A DNA stretch of 64,000 bases from a virus, in IMG/VR virus record IMGVR_UViG_3300027833_000022, positions 1-64,000 of that record. One strand, given 5' to 3'. The position numbers and the translations under genes are program-made. The notes beneath the pieces were generated by a model. The model did no database searches. It worked only from the letters and a program-made list of their open reading frames with translations, and was not told the origin of the DNA. Shown here in pieces: positions 60,202-64,000 of this stretch (positions are counted from its first letter, which is position 1; each line of letters starts with the position of its first letter).

Positions 60202-60810
60202 ATGCGAATATCAGATATCATAACAGAAAGTATAGCAAAGCAAATCACTGTGTTTTATGGCGGACGTTTTCAGCCAATGCACTCAGGACACTTTGCGCTG
60301 TATAAAAAATTAGTTAACAAGTTTGGTGCTGATAATGTATTTATCGCGACTACATTTGGCAAAAAACAGCAATCAATGCACTCAGCAGACGATTACTCAA
60401 CCGACCCATTCACATTTGAAGAAAAGGCATCTATCATGTCTAAGATGTTTGGTGTGCCCGTAAATCATATTGTTAATACACAACCATATAAGCCAGATGT
60501 TTCATTGGTAGGCAGAGATAAGAGTAATACAGCAACAGTATTAGTATTCAGTGAAAAAGACGCTGGTAGATTAAAGCCTGGCGGTGTATTAGCACCGATG
60601 CCAGATGATATGGATAATTTACAGACAGAAGATGAAAATCGTGTATATTATATTGCGATGCCAATTGAGCAGGGTGGTATGAGTGCTAGTGATTTCAGAG
60701 AAGTTATGAGTAGTGACGCAGAGTTTGAAGAAAAGAAAAAAATATTTATGAAATTTTTTGGTAAATTCGATCAAGGTATTTTTGATTTCATTGAAGGCAG
60801 AGTGCGATAA
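60202..60810 (+). CDS. HxGH-family nucleotidyltransferase (cytidylyltransferase/NMNAT-like)
   Basis: YGGRFQPMHSGH, PF..EEK, SAS..R motifs; late motif CTAAATAC at 60171-60178. Confidence 0.8.
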   Translation: MRISDIITESIAKQITVFYGGRFQPMHSGHFALYKKLVNKFGADNVFIATTFGKKQQSMHSADDYSTDPFTFEEKASIMSKMFGVPVNHIVNTQPYKPDVSLVGRDKSNTATVLVFSEKDAGRLKPGGVLAPMPDDMDNLQTEDENRVYYIAMPIEQGGMSASDFREVMSSDAEFEEKKKIFMKFFGKFDQGIFDFIEGRVR

Positions 60811-61478
60811 TGGCTGGTATTCCAAGTAAAAATAAACCAAAATTGGTATTGCGCGATGCAAATGCAACGTGGGCAAAAAATCTATTCAGTTCTGGTATTC
60901 TAAAAGAATTAGCAGACATCAATGGCATTATATTTTCGTACACGCCTGCAATGTTTCAATCGGCATTTGCTGCTAATTATAATACATATGATACAACGCA
61001 CAGTGTTTATCAGCAACAGTACTATGTGAATACGCCTAATCCAACGATTAGTATAACTGCTAATTTTGTATCAAATACAATAGCAGAAGCAAAGTATAAT
61101 ATCGCATGTTTGCATTTTTTAAAAACAATGACCAAAATGGATTATGGAAAAAATGCAAATAGAGCAGGTACACCACCTCCAATTTTGCATTTTAGTGCAT
61201 ATGGAGAATATAATTATAAAAATGTTCCTGTAGTAGTATCATCAGTTGATTATACGTTTGCTGAAGAGGTAGACTTGATAACAGTTGAAGCAGATGTAGG
61301 CAGATATTTTAGCACAGCGAGCGTGGGCGGTTCAGAAGATACAACACTGATATCAATACCAGCAAGTTTTGCAGTATCTATCACAATGCTAATGCAACAA
61401 AATCAAGAAAGGGTTAGTAACGAATTCTCATTTGCTAATTATGCAAATGGTAGTACATTAAGAAATGGGATGATATAA
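60810..61478 (+). CDS. Baseplate/tail-tube initiator-like protein
   Basis: GIIFSYTP, A.Y......HS.Y, GTPPPILHFSAYG....NVPVVV.S pattern. Confidence 0.6.
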   Translation: MAGIPSKNKPKLVLRDANATWAKNLFSSGILKELADINGIIFSYTPAMFQSAFAANYNTYDTTHSVYQQQYYVNTPNPTISITANFVSNTIAEAKYNIACLHFLKTMTKMDYGKNANRAGTPPPILHFSAYGEYNYKNVPVVVSSVDYTFAEEVDLITVEADVGRYFSTASVGGSEDTTLISIPASFAVSITMLMQQNQERVSNEFSFANYANGSTLRNGMI

Positions 61479-61479
61479 T

Positions 61480-61767
61480 ATGACAGTACAATATGATGCA
61501 GATAGTGTATACAAGAATACAGAAATTGTGGATAATAAATATCTTGATGTAATGGAATCTGTTATTAGTGATATATCAGTATATGATTTATATTCATTGA
61601 CATTGTTAGCAAAGTACAACGAAAGACCAGATGTGTTAGCGTATGATTTATTTTCAAATTCTAATTTATGGTGGATATTCGCAGAATTTAATCAAGATTT
61701 ATTAAAAGATCCGATAATGGATTTTAAGTCCGGACTAACCATACAAGTCCCATACAATTTTATATAA
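61480..61767 (+). CDS. Baseplate wedge protein (gp53-like, LysM-type)
   Basis: ERPDVLAYDLF....LWWIFA.FN...DP..DF..G..I.VP motif. Confidence 0.8.
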   Translation: MTVQYDADSVYKNTEIVDNKYLDVMESVISDISVYDLYSLTLLAKYNERPDVLAYDLFSNSNLWWIFAEFNQDLLKDPIMDFKSGLTIQVPYNFI

Positions 61768-61776
61768 GGTAAATTC

Positions 61777-63603
61777 ATGTCTACAGGTAATATAGAAACA
61801 TCAATGAACTGGTGTTCAGAGGTTGATAGTCCAACATATAAACTTACATGGTATATTGTTAATCATGAAGTATTTAACAATCCTCTACTATTAGATAATA
61901 ATGCAGCAGTTGGAAATAAAAAGGCTACAATTATTGCTTCGTCTGGAGAAACGTCAGAATATTCAGTAGAAAATTTAATACTACAGTCTAGGATTTCTCC
62001 CGGAACCGATACTGGTAATACCACAACTGGTGCATTTCAATTTGATGTATACGAGCCAGGTGGATTTCAGTTAATGAATAGAATATTACAACTTAGTCAT
62101 TTATTCAAATTCACCAATATACAGTCAGCAAAATATGTACTAAAAGTTGAATTTATTGGTAGAAACGTAGTAACATCCGCGCCGGAATCATTCCCTGGAG
62201 TATTTTATTACCCAATGATGTTATCTTCAATAAATGCAAGTGCAGGACCAGATGGTTCACAATATAACATTGTAGCAGCAAATCAACATAAAATAGCAGT
62301 AGCAGCATCAAAAATTGTAACTGATATAAAAGTAACAGGCGTAACAAATGTCGAGATATTTTTAGATCAATTACAGATTGAGTTAAATAATCATGAGCAA
62401 AATATAAGAAAATTACAAATCAAAGATACTGCTGTAAACGCGAAACAATGGAACATAAAAATTGATAAGAGTTTTGAAAAATATTTAAAATCTCCCATGG
62501 AGCCAGTAAAAGGATCTGGACATGATAATGATATGAAAAATCCAGTCGCAGCATATTATACTTTACCAAAGGCAAAAAATGTAGTAGAGTACTTAGTCAG
62601 TACGTTGACTAAGCAAGTTCCTGATTATTATAATACGTTTGCAGAAAACACAACTGAAAATAATAAGATGAAACAAGATGCGATAAAATTTGATCGCGGA
62701 CGTGCACACGCGGGTAGACAAGATATATACGTAAACGATTTCATAAAAGTCACACCGACAATCAAAACCACTGATAAGAAAGATATATATACAAACTCAG
62801 AACAAGAACTAATTGAATTAACCATTAGTCTGTACACATCACATACAGTTCCTCAATCTGAGCCGTATAATCAGCAGAGTGCTACCATAGATGCATCATA
62901 TCAATCTAGAAGACTTGAATTATTGCCTATCAATAAGGCTTATAGTTTTCTATTTTCTGGAGATAATTCAGAGGTGTTAGATTTCAATTTAAATTTTAAT
63001 CATATGTTTTATTTAACTCGTGATCCATCTAACAGTGCGGGATATACAAAAATAACAAAAGAGTTAGGAAGTTTAGAGCCATCAAAGGTAACACAGCGTA
63101 TACCCACTTATCTAAGTGAATTATCCATAAACAATCAATCTCCGAATACTCAAATTGAAAGCATAACAACTGAGATAAAATCAACATCCTCAAAAGATCA
63201 AGCGAATAGTGAAGAACAAAATGCATCTAACGCAATTGATAAGGCTGAGTTACACGGAGCAAGTATGGATTTTATTTCATTCGATGTTACTATCAAAGGT
63301 GATCCTTATTGGCTAGGAACACCAGGATCATACGTAACTTCAAAAAATAGATCCACACTGATAGATAATTTAGACGAAGATTCTTTGATCATATTCATTA
63401 ATTATCTCCCAGATAATGGAAAGACACAAGGCGGACGTAAACTTGATATTGCATCTAGTGGTGTATATAAAATAATAGAAGTAGAGAGTAAATTTCAATT
63501 AGGTAAGTTTACACAAACGTTAAAGGGCATGCGTGATAGGAATTCGTCTACTGATTTGATTCAAAAACAATTAATAAAAATAGGGTTACAGAATGGGAAT
63601 TAA
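61777..63603 (+). CDS. Putative baseplate hub protein
   Basis: Between gp53-like and gp5-like genes; C-terminal I.GDP.W and SG.Y.I..V.S.F..G.FTQ.L hub-like motifs. Confidence 0.6.
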   Translation: MSTGNIETSMNWCSEVDSPTYKLTWYIVNHEVFNNPLLLDNNAAVGNKKATIIASSGETSEYSVENLILQSRISPGTDTGNTTTGAFQFDVYEPGGFQLMNRILQLSHLFKFTNIQSAKYVLKVEFIGRNVVTSAPESFPGVFYYPMMLSSINASAGPDGSQYNIVAANQHKIAVAASKIVTDIKVTGVTNVEIFLDQLQIELNNHEQNIRKLQIKDTAVNAKQWNIKIDKSFEKYLKSPMEPVKGSGHDNDMKNPVAAYYTLPKAKNVVEYLVSTLTKQVPDYYNTFAENTTENNKMKQDAIKFDRGRAHAGRQDIYVNDFIKVTPTIKTTDKKDIYTNSEQELIELTISLYTSHTVPQSEPYNQQSATIDASYQSRRLELLPINKAYSFLFSGDNSEVLDFNLNFNHMFYLTRDPSNSAGYTKITKELGSLEPSKVTQRIPTYLSELSINNQSPNTQIESITTEIKSTSSKDQANSEEQNASNAIDKAELHGASMDFISFDVTIKGDPYWLGTPGSYVTSKNRSTLIDNLDEDSLIIFINYLPDNGKTQGGRKLDIASSGVYKIIEVESKFQLGKFTQTLKGMRDRNSSTDLIQKQLIKIGLQNGN

Positions 63604-64000
63604 TATTAAGACAGTAAGGGGAAAAGAATTACCTGCTGGTCAATATGTGGGTGTAGTGACTGATATCACCGATAGCATGTATACTGGTCGTGTATCAGTT
63701 AGATTTGGTGAATTTGGTTCGATAGTTGGTAGTGAAGTTGATCACATTTGTTTGTTATGTACGCCATATGGCGGTATTACCAGTACATCGGTTGACAAAG
63801 TAACTAGTGACAAAAAGGAATATGGCAAAGATGGTACGAGTGAAAGTGGAACACCAAAAAGTTATGGTATGTGGCCCCAGCCACCAGCAGTTGGTACATC
63901 TGTATTGGTCGTATTTGTTGAATTATTAGATCAAGGTATAATTGTTGGTTCTCTAATGTCTCGCGCTAGAAACCATATGATGGGTGGACGTGCAAGTGCA
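63593..64000 (+). CDS. Baseplate spike gp5/VgrG-like OB-fold, 5' part (runs off window end)
   Basis: Read manually: MGINIKTVRGKELPAGQYVGVVTDITDSMYTGRVSV...SYGMWPQPPAVGTSVLVVF. Confidence 0.75.
   Translation, partial: MGINIKTVRGKELPAGQYVGVVTDITDSMYTGRVSVRFGEFGSIVGSEVDHICLLCTPYGGITSTSVDKVTSDKKEYGKDGTSESGTPKSYGMWPQPPAVGTSVLVVFVELLDQGIIVGSLMSRARNHMMGGRASA

Overview
A 64-kb segment of a large, AT-rich T4-like myovirus (Caudoviricetes) genome; nothing in it points to a cellular chromosome. It holds most of the virion morphogenesis genes: portal, prohead protease, scaffold, major capsid, terminase, neck gp13/14/15, sheath, tube, baseplate and paired tape-measure-like genes. It also holds several very large fibre or adhesin genes, the recombination and replication genes uvsY, uvsX, gp32, gp46 and gp47, the late sigma factor gp55, and a dNMP kinase, a NUDIX hydrolase and a nucleotidyltransferase. 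Two promoter classes are visible: consensus sigma70 (TTGACA-N16/17-TAnnnT) before early or replication genes, and a (A/C)TAAATA late motif before structural genes. The most notable observations are: (1) a ~700-nt promoter-driven, densely structured non-coding locus with TGTTTAAG repeats directly behind a minimal GIY-YIG nuclease; (2) a probable -1 frameshift fusing gp26-like and gp51-like frames; (3) collagen-linked fibre genes built from propeller cassettes with near-identical DNA flanks; (4) a perfect tandem 46-nt pseudoknot-like repeat near gp32; (5) a set of proteins with capsid-targeting-like N-termini. All calls are from motif recognition by eye; no searches or folding programs were run.
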